Shown: in pieces, positions 38,031-50,678 of the stretch
How the letters are laid out: every line of letters starts with the position of its first letter
How positions within the stretch are numbered: the first letter of the stretch is position 1
Assembly (NCBI GenBank): GCA_027334565.1
Contig: DAHWUP010000002.1
Coordinates: 13,203-77,202, forward strand
Length of the DNA: 64,000 bases
Source: Candidatus Levyibacteriota bacterium
GTDB lineage: Bacteria > Patescibacteriota > Microgenomatia > Levybacterales > UBA12049
Direction: 5' to 3'
The notes under the pieces: model-generated
The model's input: the letters and a program-made list of their open reading frames with translations, nothing else
Told to the model about the DNA's origin: nothing
The model's database searches: none
Made by a program: the position numbers and the translations under genes

Positions 38031-38507
38031 GTGGAGACAAAACGGTGGATTAATTTTTTAAAAAGGATTCCTAGCATCTTAAAGCAACTTGCTTCTTTAA
38101 CTAATGGGCGAATGTGGTTGGACGCGGAAAGGAATTTTTTTGAATACAATAAATCAATAATAACACTTGCATCATCTGCCTTAGTATTATCATTTACTGC
38201 AGCTAAAATTAGTAATTTACACACCAACCTAATAACACTTGCAATAAGTTGGGTTGGTTTTATTATAACCATATTTTTCGGACTATCAATCCAGCTAATG
38301 AACTTTCTCTATTCTCTTGCTGAAAGCAATATCCATAAGCTTTCAGAAGATAAAGTGTTTAAGTCAGAAAACCTTAAGAATCCAGAGGTTGGATTTTACT
38401 GGGAAGCTAGAATTGTTATGTTTTGGATATCAATTTTTGAAATGTTTTTATTTATTTTATCATTAGTTTTTTTAATGATATCAGCGTTCCTTACAATCAG
38501 TTATTAA
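38031..38507 (+). CDS. Hypothetical membrane protein (about 4 TM helices)
   Basis: Hydrophobic segments. No recognisable domain. Confidence 0.4.
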   Translation: METKRWINFLKRIPSILKQLASLTNGRMWLDAERNFFEYNKSIITLASSALVLSFTAAKISNLHTNLITLAISWVGFIITIFFGLSIQLMNFLYSLAESNIHKLSEDKVFKSENLKNPEVGFYWEARIVMFWISIFEMFLFILSLVFLMISAFLTISY

Positions 38508-38613
38508 AATGATTATGGATGCGGAAATAACCACCAGAAAATTAGTTCTTCGAGGAACGATCAGGTAAAAACAATTGAAATAAAATTCTCATTGAGTATA
38601 ATAGACAACTATT

Positions 38614-38952
38614 ATGCCTCCGTATGAGTGCCCGGAGAGGGGCGCAAGATTCAACGCAAGGTTTATAAGAATCGGCGAAAAACTTTACTCGGGAAAAAAT
38701 ATACATGAAACCCACGGCCATATCGCGGAAATGGACCATCTTAAACAGGCGATCGGGGACTTAAAACGTGTAAATTCAGCCGAAGTGGACGGAGGAATAT
38801 ATCATGCAACAAGTGACGGTCAGATACTGATAATCGGAAATTCCGCGACATTTGATATTCCCGTTAGTGGTGTTAAGAGGCTTGCGCGCGAACTGACAAA
38901 GGAAGCATTTCAGGCGCAAAGCCCCGGCCGCGAGGTAATTATCATTAAATAA
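38614..38952 (+). CDS. Hypothetical protein (112 aa)
   Basis: ORF only. Confidence 0.35.
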   Translation: MPPYECPERGARFNARFIRIGEKLYSGKNIHETHGHIAEMDHLKQAIGDLKRVNSAEVDGGIYHATSDGQILIIGNSATFDIPVSGVKRLARELTKEAFQAQSPGREVIIIK

Positions 38953-38998
38953 ATTCAATTTGGGCGCTGGAAATTTACCGTTCGGTTTGTTAAAATAG

Positions 38999-40975
<1,977 letters not shown>

Positions 40976-40992
40976 CTGATATAATTAATGGC

Positions 40993-41727
40993 ATGTTCTA
41001 CAATGCTCATGCTTATGTCGCAGGGAAAATCTTTGGTTCCGACGACAAGCTTTTGCTGACCGGTAGTTTTCTTCCCGATATCGCAGTACTTAAAATTATC
41101 GACTGGGACAAAAGCGGCATGCACGGAAGGGAAGCCGCTAAAAGATTTAAGGATTACATTGAAAAACATCACTCCGACTACCTTAGCCTTGCCAAAGGTG
41201 TTATCGCGCATAATATTCTTGATGATTTCAGCCATTTCGATTATAACGGCGGCAAGGGCTATGCCTACATCAATAACAAAGAACTGGTAAAAAAAACTTC
41301 CCAATATTATGGAGACGACGGAAAATTAGGCCTTCGCAAAGCTCATAATTTTATCGAATCCGCCGTTGATATCCTGTTACTTCAGAAACAGAGCGACATC
41401 TATACGAAAATCGTTGACGCAACCGAAAAGGTGGATAAAAACGCACTGGCTAAGGTCGTCGGAGAATTCTTTGGCATCGACGAATCGAAAACAGAGCAAA
41501 CCTTAACCGAATATTTTGCACTGATCAACTCGCATGATCTTTGTAATAAGAATAACTGGATTTTTCTATGGCAGAAGCTAAATAAGCTGATGGGACTTAG
41601 AAATCTTGAGGATAAACAGATACTCGATCTTCTCGATACGGGAATTGCCTCGGTAACCCCGACCTTTACCCAATTTATGGATTTTGCGCTTACGGAAGGC
41701 ACAAAGAGAAAAGATGCTTATGTTTAA
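40993..41727 (+). CDS. Hypothetical protein; possible Zn-dependent PLC / S1-P1 nuclease-like fold
   Basis: N-terminal NAHAYVAG and HNILDDFSH resemble the His/Asp Zn-ligand pattern of the S1-P1 / phospholipase C superfamily. Weak support. Confidence 0.4.
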   Translation: MFYNAHAYVAGKIFGSDDKLLLTGSFLPDIAVLKIIDWDKSGMHGREAAKRFKDYIEKHHSDYLSLAKGVIAHNILDDFSHFDYNGGKGYAYINNKELVKKTSQYYGDDGKLGLRKAHNFIESAVDILLLQKQSDIYTKIVDATEKVDKNALAKVVGEFFGIDESKTEQTLTEYFALINSHDLCNKNNWIFLWQKLNKLMGLRNLEDKQILDLLDTGIASVTPTFTQFMDFALTEGTKRKDAYV

Positions 41728-42286
41728 AGACCCTGTCTTGAAAAAACTTTATAAAAAATACGGTCCGCATAAGTTCGAGGACAGAAGCGAACGGCTGATG
41801 GAAGAACTGGTCGAAGCTATCATCAGTCAGCAACTTTCCAATAAAGCTTCCGATACTATATATAAAAGGTTCCTGGACCTTTTTAAGGGTAAGTTTCCCA
41901 AGCCGGATGAAATATTGTCAATGGACGACGAAAAATTAAGAAGCGCCGGAATGAGCTATTCGAAAGTCAAATATATCAAAAATATCGCCGCGGCATTTAA
42001 AAACGGCGATTTGAATATCAATAAGATTAGCAAAATGTCCGACGATGAAGTTATCGAAGAGCTTACTAAAATCAAAGGGGTAGGGAGGTGGACCGCGGAA
42101 ATGATCCTGATATTTACCCTTAAACGGGAGGATATATTTTCTTTGGGCGACGCGGGTCTTAAAAAAGCGGTTAAAAATTTATATAATCTTGAAAAAGAAA
42201 CGGAAATACTAAAACTGTCTAAGAGCTGGAAACCGAAAAGAAGCTATGCCTGCTGGTATTTATGGAGAAGTTTAGAGAATGATTAA
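41717..42286 (+). CDS. HhH-GPD DNA glycosylase (AlkA / 3-methyladenine glycosylase II-like)
   Basis: LTKIKGVGRWTAEMILIFTL...LGDAGLKKAV is the HhH-GPD motif with catalytic Asp. Start set at ATG 41717, overlapping the upstream stop. Confidence 0.7.
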   Translation, partial: LMFKDPVLKKLYKKYGPHKFEDRSERLMEELVEAIISQQLSNKASDTIYKRFLDLFKGKFPKPDEILSMDDEKLRSAGMSYSKVKYIKNIAAAFKNGDLNINKISKMSDDEVIEELTKIKGVGRWTAEMILIFTLKREDIFSLGDAGLKKAVKNLYNLEKETEILKLSKSWKPKRSYACWYLWRSLEND

Positions 42287-42860
42287 AGTGATTGCTTTCG
42301 ATTTTGCGGACGTTATCGTCGAGGGGCCCGTATCGGGATGGCTTAAAAAAAACAGGTCGGAAAACACAAAAGCCGATTGGCATGAATATAAACAGAAGGC
42401 ACATCTTTGGGATACCGGTCAAATGGATTCAAAAGCGGTTTATGAATTTCTTTCAAAACTTACCGGGATAGACGAGGAAGCCATCTGGAAAGAACTTTAC
42501 GAAACCGCTCATTTGAATGTGGAGCTGGTAGAGCTTATAAAAAGGCTCAAGCCAAGCTATAAAATCGCCATTTTTTCCAACTACATTTCAGAACAACTGA
42601 AAAAACTGCTGGTTCACCACAAAATCGATAAACTATTCGACGAAGTGATAGTTTCTTCCGAACACGGCGTTAAAAAACCCGACCCAAAATTTTTTGAAGC
42701 TTTGGTGACAAAAGCGGGAGTCAACAAAGACGAAATATTTTTTACCGACGACAATCTTGACAATATAGAAGCCGCTTCTACCTTTGGTATTAAAGCTTAT
42801 CGTTTTACAACAGTTGGCAAATTAATCGAGGATCTGCAAAAAGAAGGGATTAACGTTTAA
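42279..42860 (+). CDS. HAD superfamily hydrolase (subfamily IA)
   Basis: Motif I VIAFDFADVIV (DxD) and motif IV FTDDNLDNI. Confidence 0.8.
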   Translation: MIKVIAFDFADVIVEGPVSGWLKKNRSENTKADWHEYKQKAHLWDTGQMDSKAVYEFLSKLTGIDEEAIWKELYETAHLNVELVELIKRLKPSYKIAIFSNYISEQLKKLLVHHKIDKLFDEVIVSSEHGVKKPDPKFFEALVTKAGVNKDEIFFTDDNLDNIEAASTFGIKAYRFTTVGKLIEDLQKEGINV

Positions 42861-42914
42861 ACACGAATAAGTCTTGAAAATAAGCTTAACCTTCTTTATA
42901 ATTGAAAGGTTCTT

Positions 42915-44954
42915 ATGACCTTATCCATATTATTTTTTCATAAGCTCATCATTCCGTTCGTTGCGGGACTTATTTCTATCGCCTACGGATTGTTCCTGAC
43001 CTACCGGGTCTTATCGCATAAAACCGGAGACAAGAAAATGAACGCCATTTCGGATGCCATTGCAGAAGGCGCGGTAGCTTACATGAAAAGACAATACAGC
43101 GTTGTCGCGGGTATCGGAATCATCATCTTCATTGTGTTATTTTACTTCCTCGGACCTTTGAGCGCATTCGCCTTTGCTTTGGGTGCCATCTGTAGCGCAA
43201 TCGCCGGAATCATCGGTATGAACGTTGCGGTAAGAAGCAACATCCGAACCGCGGAAGCGGCTAAAACCGGACTCTCCGAGGCTTTCTCGCTGGCTTTTGA
43301 AGGCGGTGCCGTAACAGGGCTGATGGTCTCGGGGCTGGCGCTTGCGGCACTTTCCGTTTCGTATTGGTATGTAGAAAAATTTGCGGGTAGCACACTCCAA
43401 CCTTTGATCGCTTTGGGTTTCGGAGGCTCATTGATTTCCGTATTTGCCAGACTCGGCGGAGGGATATTCACCAAATCCGCAGATGTCGGAACCGATATGG
43501 TCGGTAAAATCGAAAAAGGAATTCCCGAGGACGATCCGAGGAATCCGGGCGTAATTGCCGATCTGGTCGGAGATAACGTCGGTGACGATGCCGGAATGGC
43601 GGCGGACCTTTTTGAAACTTATGTGATCACCGCGGTGGCGGCAATGATCTTAGGACACTTGACCTTTCCGCATAATTCGTATGTCGTATTTTTCCCGCTT
43701 CTTATCGGTGCGATTTCAGTTATCGCCGGCATCATCGGCACCTGGTTTGTACGACTTTCGGGGAACGGAATTATGAAAGCGCTCTACCAGGGCTTAATAG
43801 CCGCCATGGTGATTGCAATCGCGGGCTTTTACATTCTTACCCTGGGAGTATTTCCGAACGGGCTCGGGACCATAAGCATGCTAAGCATTTTCTATACATT
43901 GATAATCGGAATAGTTGTAACTTTGGGGATGGTGATCATCACGGAATATTTTACCTCAAAGAAGTTTCCGCCGGTTAGGGTGATCGCCAACGCCTCGACC
44001 ACCGGACACGGCACAAACATTATCGCGGGGCTTGCGGTATCAATGAAATCCACGCTCGCGCCGATTCTTCTTATCGCCGCAGCCATCTGGGCGTCCTATA
44101 CATTTGCCGGACTTTACGGCGTCTCTGTAGCTGCGATGAGCATGCTTTCCTTGGCCGGTATCATCGTTGCCATCGATGCGTTCGGGCCGATAACCGATAA
44201 CGCCGGGGGCATAGCCGAAATGGCCGGTCTTGATAAAAAAGTCAGGGATGTAACCGACCCTTTGGACGCGGTCGGAAACACAACCAAAGCCGTTACCAAA
44301 GCTTATGCTATCGGTTCTGCGGGCCTCGCGGCTCTGGTACTTTTTTCAAGCTATACCCAGGAATTGGCTGGTTCTGCCAAATTTTCCGAGGTCGGCGGAT
44401 TATTTTCTTTGTCCGACCCGAGCGTGATTATCGGTCTATTCATCGGCGGAGCGCTTCCTTATTTCTTTGCTTCTTTAGCGATGGAAGCGGTAGGAAAGGC
44501 AAGCGTTTCGATAGTAGATGAGGTCAGAAGACAATTTAAGGAAATCAAAGGGTTGATGTCCGGTAAGGCCAAACCGGAATACGGAAAAGCCGTAGACATC
44601 GTCACTAAAGCCGCCATCAAAGAAATGATGCTCCCTACTTTGATAACCGTTTTATCACCGATATTGGTCGGGTTTATCTTAGGTCCCAAAGCGCTGGGAG
44701 GACTTCTGATCGGCAGCATCATCACGGGATTGTTTGTTGCGATATCGATGACCACCGGAGGCGCAGCCTGGGATAACACGAAAAAGTATATCGAAGAAGG
44801 CAATTTGGGCGGCAAAGGCGGTTTTGCCCATCAAAGTGCCGTAACCGGCGATACCGTAGGTGACCCCTACAAAGATACTGCCGGCCCGGCCATCAATCCG
44901 ATGATCAAAGTTTTGAATATTGTCGCATTATTAATAGCCGGTTTCCTTATTTAA
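42915..44954 (+). CDS. hppA: Membrane-bound H+(or Na+)-translocating pyrophosphatase
   Basis: [36 protein letters not shown], and GNTTKA (Lys at the K+-dependence determinant position, suggesting a K+-independent type). Confidence 0.95.
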   Translation: MTLSILFFHKLIIPFVAGLISIAYGLFLTYRVLSHKTGDKKMNAISDAIAEGAVAYMKRQYSVVAGIGIIIFIVLFYFLGPLSAFAFALGAICSAIAGIIGMNVAVRSNIRTAEAAKTGLSEAFSLAFEGGAVTGLMVSGLALAALSVSYWYVEKFAGSTLQPLIALGFGGSLISVFARLGGGIFTKSADVGTDMVGKIEKGIPEDDPRNPGVIADLVGDNVGDDAGMAADLFETYVITAVAAMILGHLTFPHNSYVVFFPLLIGAISVIAGIIGTWFVRLSGNGIMKALYQGLIAAMVIAIAGFYILTLGVFPNGLGTISMLSIFYTLIIGIVVTLGMVIITEYFTSKKFPPVRVIANASTTGHGTNIIAGLAVSMKSTLAPILLIAAAIWASYTFAGLYGVSVAAMSMLSLAGIIVAIDAFGPITDNAGGIAEMAGLDKKVRDVTDPLDAVGNTTKAVTKAYAIGSAGLAALVLFSSYTQELAGSAKFSEVGGLFSLSDPSVIIGLFIGGALPYFFASLAMEAVGKASVSIVDEVRRQFKEIKGLMSGKAKPEYGKAVDIVTKAAIKEMMLPTLITVLSPILVGFILGPKALGGLLIGSIITGLFVAISMTTGGAAWDNTKKYIEEGNLGGKGGFAHQSAVTGDTVGDPYKDTAGPAINPMIKVLNIVALLIAGFLI

Positions 44955-45103
44955 ATCAGCAATTGCGAAGGTTGCCTTGGTATAAGACGGAACCCCCGCA
45001 AAATTTTTTCAAAATTCGTCAGAATTTTGAAGAGGAGTAAACAGCCGCTCGGCCGAAATTTAAGCTATGCTTAAACGAAGGCAAAGGGCTGAATTAAGAC
45101 GAC

Positions 45104-47572
45104 ATGGCCGATATCGGAAAACTACAATCAGCAGAAATTACCTCGGAAATGAAGCGGGCGTATTTGGATTACGCCATGTCTGTGATAGTTTCGAGGGCAC
45201 TGCCCGATGTCAGAGACGGGCTTAAACCGGTGCACCGAAGAATATTGTTCGCGATGCATGAGATGGGTTTGCCGCATTCCGCAAAGTATTCAAAATCCGC
45301 CAAGATCGTCGGAGAGGTGATGGGAAAATACCATCCCCACGGTGACGTACCGATTTATGACGCTCTGGTGCGCTTGGCCCAAGATTTTTCCATGCGCTAT
45401 CCGTTGGTCGACGGACAGGGAAACTTCGGCTCGATGGACGGTGACCCGCCGGCCGCAATGCGTTATACGGAAGCCCGAATGGCGGCTATTACCGCCGAAA
45501 TGCTTTTGGATATTGAAAAAGAAACGGTCGATTATCTCCCGAACTTCGATTCGACCCTTAAAGAACCGGTTTTCCTGCCAAGCCTGTTACCAAATCTTCT
45601 TTTGATGGGAAGCGAAGGAATAGCCGTCGGAATGGCCACCAAGATCCCGCCGCATAACTTGGGAGAAGTGGTCGAGGCAACCGATTATCTGATATCAAAA
45701 GCCAAGATAACCCCCGAGCCGTTCGATCTTACTTCCGACGTAACGGTTGAGGAACTGTTGGAATATATCAAAGGGCCGGATTTTCCGACAGCCGGCGCTA
45801 TTTACGACTGGGCGGAAATTAAAAATGTCTATACCACCGGCCGGGGCAGGATATTAATCAGGGGTAAAGCCGATATCGAAGATATCGGACAGGGAAAAAG
45901 CGCAATTATCATTACCGAGCTACCTTATCAGGTAAATAAAGCTCTGTTGGTTGCGCGCATCGCCGAACTGGCCAAAGAAAAGAAGATAGACGGTATTTCC
46001 GACCTTCGCGACGAGTCCGATCGTCACGGCATACGGGTGGTCGTCGAACTAAAAAGAGACGCAGCCCCGAAGAAGGTTCTGAATAACCTATTCAAATACA
46101 CTTCGTTACAGTCCAGCTTCCCGGCCAATATCGTCGCCTTGGTCGACGGCACTCCCCAAACATTGAACTTAAAAACCATTCTTGAGGAATTCGTCAAACA
46201 TCGATTCTTAGTCGTTAGACGAAGAAGTGAATTCGAACTAAGACAGGCCAAAGCCAGGTTGCATATTCTGGAAGGGTTAAAAATTGCGGTTGAGAACATC
46301 GACGCGGTCATAAGAACCATTAGGGAAAGCAAAACACAGGAGGACGCAAAGCAAAATCTGATGAAAAAGTTTAAATTGACCGACATTCAGGCAACGGCGA
46401 TATTGGACCTGCAACTTAGAAGACTGGCTGCCTTGGAAAGACAAAAAATTGAAGAGGAGTACCAGATGGTTAAAGAGATCATCGCTTACCTTGAAGACCT
46501 TCTGGCGCATCCGGCAAAAATCTTAACGGTTATCAAAAACGAGCTGGACAAACTAAAGGAAAAGTACGCGGACGACAGGCGCACTAAAGTCTACAAAAGC
46601 AAGGTAGGAGAATTTTCCGAAGAGGACCTGATAACAAACGAACCGACGGTGGTAACCTTAACCGACACGGGCTACATCAAAAGGCAGAGTCTGACCAGTT
46701 TTAAAACGCAGCAACGTGGGGGCAAAGGCGTCATCGGTATGACCACCAAGGAAGAAGACGCGATAGCCGATATTAAGTATCTTGAAACACACGATAACCT
46801 GCTTTTTTTCACCAATAAAGGAAAGGTTTACCAGACCAAGGCCTATGAAATCAACGAATCCTCAAGGACCAGTAAGGGTACGGCGATAGTCAATCTTTTG
46901 AACATCGAGGCAGGGGAAAAGGTGGAAAGTTTTCTAAATTACCGTAAAGACTCCCAGGCAAAATTCGTTTTTTTAACCACCAAAAACGGCACTGTAAAGA
47001 AATCCGCCTTGAGTGAATTTGAAAACATCCGAAAATCCGGAATTCTGGCTATCAAGCTTGATAAAAACGACGAACTGGTCTGGAGCAAATTAACGACCGG
47101 AGACGAAGATATCCTTCTGGTTACGCGCAACGGTAAATCCATCAGATTTTCGGAAAAATCGGTCAGACCGATGGGAAGAAATACCATGGGAATTAGGGGA
47201 ATCATGATCGGAAAGGACGACCGGGTGATCCAAATGGACGTGGTCCAAAAAGGAAGCAAACAAGACGTACTTACCATCATGGAAAACGGCCTGGGCAAAA
47301 AAACAACCATTGATCAGTTCAAAACACAGGGCCGCGGCGGACAGGGAATAAAGGTCGCTGAGGTAACGCAGAAAACCGGAAAAATCGCATCCTCACAAAT
47401 AGTTCCGTCCGGCGCAAAAGAAGTAATTATCACTTCGCAAAAAGGCCAAATCGTAAAGCTTGAGGTCGGATCGATCCCCAGACTTTCCCGCGCAACCCAA
47501 GGCGTTATTTTGATGCGTTTCTCCGACACCTCTGACCATGTTGCCTCTGCGACCTACATCGAAGAAGGTTAA
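45104..47572 (+). CDS. gyrA: DNA gyrase subunit A
   Basis: Active-site region GKYHPHGD...Y, and GyrA-box QQRGGKGV in the C-terminal beta-pinwheel (GyrA rather than ParC). Confidence 0.95.
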   Translation: MADIGKLQSAEITSEMKRAYLDYAMSVIVSRALPDVRDGLKPVHRRILFAMHEMGLPHSAKYSKSAKIVGEVMGKYHPHGDVPIYDALVRLAQDFSMRYPLVDGQGNFGSMDGDPPAAMRYTEARMAAITAEMLLDIEKETVDYLPNFDSTLKEPVFLPSLLPNLLLMGSEGIAVGMATKIPPHNLGEVVEATDYLISKAKITPEPFDLTSDVTVEELLEYIKGPDFPTAGAIYDWAEIKNVYTTGRGRILIRGKADIEDIGQGKSAIIITELPYQVNKALLVARIAELAKEKKIDGISDLRDESDRHGIRVVVELKRDAAPKKVLNNLFKYTSLQSSFPANIVALVDGTPQTLNLKTILEEFVKHRFLVVRRRSEFELRQAKARLHILEGLKIAVENIDAVIRTIRESKTQEDAKQNLMKKFKLTDIQATAILDLQLRRLAALERQKIEEEYQMVKEIIAYLEDLLAHPAKILTVIKNELDKLKEKYADDRRTKVYKSKVGEFSEEDLITNEPTVVTLTDTGYIKRQSLTSFKTQQRGGKGVIGMTTKEEDAIADIKYLETHDNLLFFTNKGKVYQTKAYEINESSRTSKGTAIVNLLNIEAGEKVESFLNYRKDSQAKFVFLTTKNGTVKKSALSEFENIRKSGILAIKLDKNDELVWSKLTTGDEDILLVTRNGKSIRFSEKSVRPMGRNTMGIRGIMIGKDDRVIQMDVVQKGSKQDVLTIMENGLGKKTTIDQFKTQGRGGQGIKVAEVTQKTGKIASSQIVPSGAKEVIITSQKGQIVKLEVGSIPRLSRATQGVILMRFSDTSDHVASATYIEEG

Positions 47573-47581
47573 AATATTATC

Positions 47582-48427
47582 ATGAAAATAGACGGCCGAC
47601 AAATAGCTGCAGACATTTTGGAAGAGCTGAAAATCCGGGTCGAAGAACTAAAGCAAAAAGAAATCACACCACGCATGTACATAATTTTATTAACGGATGA
47701 TCCCTCGACTATTTCCTATATCAAGCAGAAACTTTTATTCGGGGAGAGAGTCGGCGTAAAAATTACCGTCGACACCGAAAGTCCGGATATTGCAACGGAC
47801 AAACTCATCTCTAAAATCGAAAAACTGAATTCGGATGATTCCGTTCACGGAATCATCGTTCAGCGTCCCGCCCCCAAGCAGCTCGAAATGGAAAAAATTG
47901 ATAACTTGATTGATCCGCGCAAAGAGATAGACGGTTTTGGCAGTAACTCCCTATACAACGCACCGGTTGCTTTAGCTGTTGCTAAAATTTTAAGAGTTAT
48001 TCACGCCGGTTTATCTTCGAAAGAAAATTTTTCCGAGTGGCTTCTTGGAAAAACGGTTGTCGTAATGGGGAAAGGTCATACGGCAGGTATTCCAATCATC
48101 AATTACCTGAAAAATAATGGGTTGGAACCTATCATTATCGATTCCAAAACGACTGAAAAAAATAAATTTCTGAAAAAGGGCGATGTCGTGATTTCGGCGG
48201 TAGGGAAAGGCGGGGTAGTTACCATACGGGATTTGAAGAAAGGTGTATTTTTGATAGGAGTCGGCATGCATAAGGAAAACGACGGTAAATTCCACGGCGA
48301 TTTTGAAGAAAATGATATCTCGGACAGGGTTTCTTACTTTACTCCTACCCCCGGAGGAGTCGGCCCGGTCAACGTCGCCTGCCTTTTGCAGAATCTGGTT
48401 GAAGCAGCGGAAATTCTCTCAAAATAA
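47582..48427 (+). CDS. folD: Bifunctional 5,10-methylene-THF dehydrogenase/cyclohydrolase
   Basis: Conserved YxxK region and TPGGVGPV motif. Confidence 0.9.
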   Translation: MKIDGRQIAADILEELKIRVEELKQKEITPRMYIILLTDDPSTISYIKQKLLFGERVGVKITVDTESPDIATDKLISKIEKLNSDDSVHGIIVQRPAPKQLEMEKIDNLIDPRKEIDGFGSNSLYNAPVALAVAKILRVIHAGLSSKENFSEWLLGKTVVVMGKGHTAGIPIINYLKNNGLEPIIIDSKTTEKNKFLKKGDVVISAVGKGGVVTIRDLKKGVFLIGVGMHKENDGKFHGDFEENDISDRVSYFTPTPGGVGPVNVACLLQNLVEAAEILSK

Positions 48428-49514
48428 GAAAAACTTCTAATACCCAGACCAGAACCGTTCCGTAAAAAACATGTGAGGTGATAATTACCGGAAAATCCTG
48501 TGGATTCTTAAAGTTAAACGAAATTAGCATATAGGAGACGAATAGGACAAGAAGACCCCGATAATTTTTCTTATCCTTTAGATAAAACATGTTGAACAAA
48601 AAAGGGAAAATCATAAATACGAAATGATGCTGCCAGGAGAAATTACTGACCAGCAAACCGAGTATCACCAAAAGCGACAAATGAAGATAAATCAACTTAT
48701 CCGTTCTGGTCCTAATAATCGTCCATAAAGTGATCAGAACAAAGAACATAGTCAGGACAATTCTGACAGCTTCACGCCAAAAATGATCGCTGATAATTCT
48801 CCCGACAAATCCCGTAAGCGACTGATTGTAATAATCAAGTTTCCATCCTCCGATGAACTGAAAGACAACTTTTGTGTAAAAATAAATTACCAGCTCGGGA
48901 TAAATCAAGAAAATAATTAAGTGTAATAATACGAAAGTCAAAAATAACCAAAGCAAATATTTCCATTTTTTGAATATTAAAAAATATACAGGCAGGAAAG
49001 GAGGAAAAAACTTCATCGACAGAGATAGGACAAGGAAGACGGCGGATGAAAAAAAACGCTTATCGTTAAAAAAGTATACGGATAAACAGGTTAAAAATAA
49101 GACCAAAGTATTTATCTGTCCCATACCAAAATTAAATTTGACCGGAAAAGATAAGAATATGAAGGCAAGGACCATAAGACCCAAGCCTGAAAAAAACTTC
49201 TTTTTGGCAATTTTAAAAATTAAATAAACCGACAAAAAAAGACAAATAAGCGAAACGACAAACCAAAGCTTTTCCGCCGCAGGAAGCGGCAGGAGAATGA
49301 ACGGAAAGAAAAACATAATTGTTGCGGGCGGATAGACGTCGGGAAAGAATGCCAGACGACCGAACGTATACGGATTACCGCCTGCTAGCAAAACCTGTGG
49401 TGAATAATAATGCACTAAAAAATCGGGATAACCCGGTAAAAGAAAAGCTTTTAGAAAAATAGCAATGGAAAATATAAAAAATAATGGGGGAAAATACTTT
49501 TTGATAAATTTCAT
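48369..49514 (-). CDS. Polytopic membrane protein, GT-C/DUF2029-like (putative glycosyltransferase)
   Basis: About 11 TM helices, aromatic-rich loops. 3' end overlaps folD by about 59 nt (convergent), so the exact stop is uncertain. Confidence 0.45.
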   Translation of the reverse strand: MKFIKKYFPPLFFIFSIAIFLKAFLLPGYPDFLVHYYSPQVLLAGGNPYTFGRLAFFPDVYPPATIMFFFPFILLPLPAAEKLWFVVSLICLFLSVYLIFKIAKKKFFSGLGLMVLAFIFLSFPVKFNFGMGQINTLVLFLTCLSVYFFNDKRFFSSAVFLVLSLSMKFFPPFLPVYFLIFKKWKYLLWLFLTFVLLHLIIFLIYPELVIYFYTKVVFQFIGGWKLDYYNQSLTGFVGRIISDHFWREAVRIVLTMFFVLITLWTIIRTRTDKLIYLHLSLLVILGLLVSNFSWQHHFVFMIFPFLFNMFYLKDKKNYRGLLVLFVSYMLISFNFKNPQDFPVIITSHVFYGTVLVWVLEVFLILREFPLLQPDSAKGRRR

Positions 49515-49600
49515 ACAAACATTAAATAATTAAATATTGAATATGTCAACCGTACCGTAAACTTGACAAGTAGGGTAAAATTTACAACAATAATGTTAAT

Positions 49601-50173
49601 ATGGCAAGAAAGGGGTATGGGTTTTCGGACAGATTTCCCCATGTAGGGTTATTTTTTATTATAGCTCTGATACTTGCGATTCCTCTTACGGTCTGGTCTT
49701 TAAATAACGCTTCTACCAATTTTATACAGCAGGCGCAATCGTTTAAATGCGGGCCATTTAACAATAATCCTGCCTGTCCGCCAGGTTTTAAGTGCGAATA
49801 CAACGCAAATACCGCCGTTTTAGGTGGCAGCTGCAATCTGGTGGCATTGCCGGCCCCGACCGGCTTAACTACGGCGTCAAGCTGTATTTCAAATCTGGGT
49901 ATGCCCAATCAGGCTACATTTTCCTTAAGCTGGAACAGGGTGAATTACGCAACCGGTTATAGAGTCTACGGCAATTACTATTATTTCGACGGGAAAAACC
50001 TATCCGATGTTAAAGTCGGACCTTACCGAACAGATACCAATTCATATACTCTAAACCTGCCCTTACCGCGTGGGGTCAGTAATTTTTACTGGTATACCGA
50101 TGCGTATAATTCCGTTTACAACGTCATTAGTCAGCACAGCGCATTATCAACCGGTGCCTTAAATTGCCGCTAG
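49601..50173 (+). CDS. Secreted/anchored Cys-rich protein, paralog A
   Basis: Conserved N-terminus RFPHVGLFFIIALILAIPLTVWSLNN (TM/signal anchor), then 8 Cys. The same N-terminal module occurs in the 50221 gene. Confidence 0.5.
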   Translation: MARKGYGFSDRFPHVGLFFIIALILAIPLTVWSLNNASTNFIQQAQSFKCGPFNNNPACPPGFKCEYNANTAVLGGSCNLVALPAPTGLTTASSCISNLGMPNQATFSLSWNRVNYATGYRVYGNYYYFDGKNLSDVKVGPYRTDTNSYTLNLPLPRGVSNFYWYTDAYNSVYNVISQHSALSTGALNCR

Positions 50174-50220
50174 TTAAAAAATACTTGACATAAAGCTGAA
50201 AATAAATTAATAATATATCA

Positions 50221-50637
50221 ATGGCAAAAACCAATGATTTTGCTGCTAGATTTCCACACGCGGGTATATTTTTGGTGATTGCCGTTGCTATCGCGATACC
50301 TCTTACCGTCTGGTCACTGAACAATGTCCCGACCAACACCCAGCAATTCGCGTCGGGAGGGAATAACGGACAGGGACATGCATATGGGCACCGTTATACA
50401 CCTACTCCTACACCCACGTACAGCCCTACGCCAACATATACGCCCACACCGACTCAGGCCTGCAATAGTACCGGGACCGGCGGTTGCGTGACTCCGACAC
50501 CGTCTGTTGCTTGTACTTCCTTAGGGGGCAATTGCTACAACACGGTAAGTTGTCCGATTGGAACGACTATAATTCAATCAACTTCTCCTCTTTGCAGTCC
50601 CTTGGGCTCAAATACCAGCGCTATCTGTTGCAAATGA
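50221..50637 (+). CDS. Secreted/anchored Cys-rich protein with TP-rich linker, paralog B
   Basis: N-terminus RFPHAGIFLVIAVAIAIPLTVWSLNN matches paralog A. Contains TPTPTPTYSPTPTYTPTPT linker and a Cys-rich C-terminus. Confidence 0.5.
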   Translation: MAKTNDFAARFPHAGIFLVIAVAIAIPLTVWSLNNVPTNTQQFASGGNNGQGHAYGHRYTPTPTPTYSPTPTYTPTPTQACNSTGTGGCVTPTPSVACTSLGGNCYNTVSCPIGTTIIQSTSPLCSPLGSNTSAICCK

Positions 50638-50678
50638 ACCCACTTGACACCTTAAAATAAATTAACTAGGATGAAGGT

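Noticed and set aside
49582-50339. Two minus-strand ORFs (49582..49908, 50127..50339) that share a similar peptide (..DQTVRGIA..)
   Set aside because: They are reverse-frame translations of the conserved N-terminal module of the two plus-strand paralogs. The similarity is a mirror artefact, not an independent gene family.
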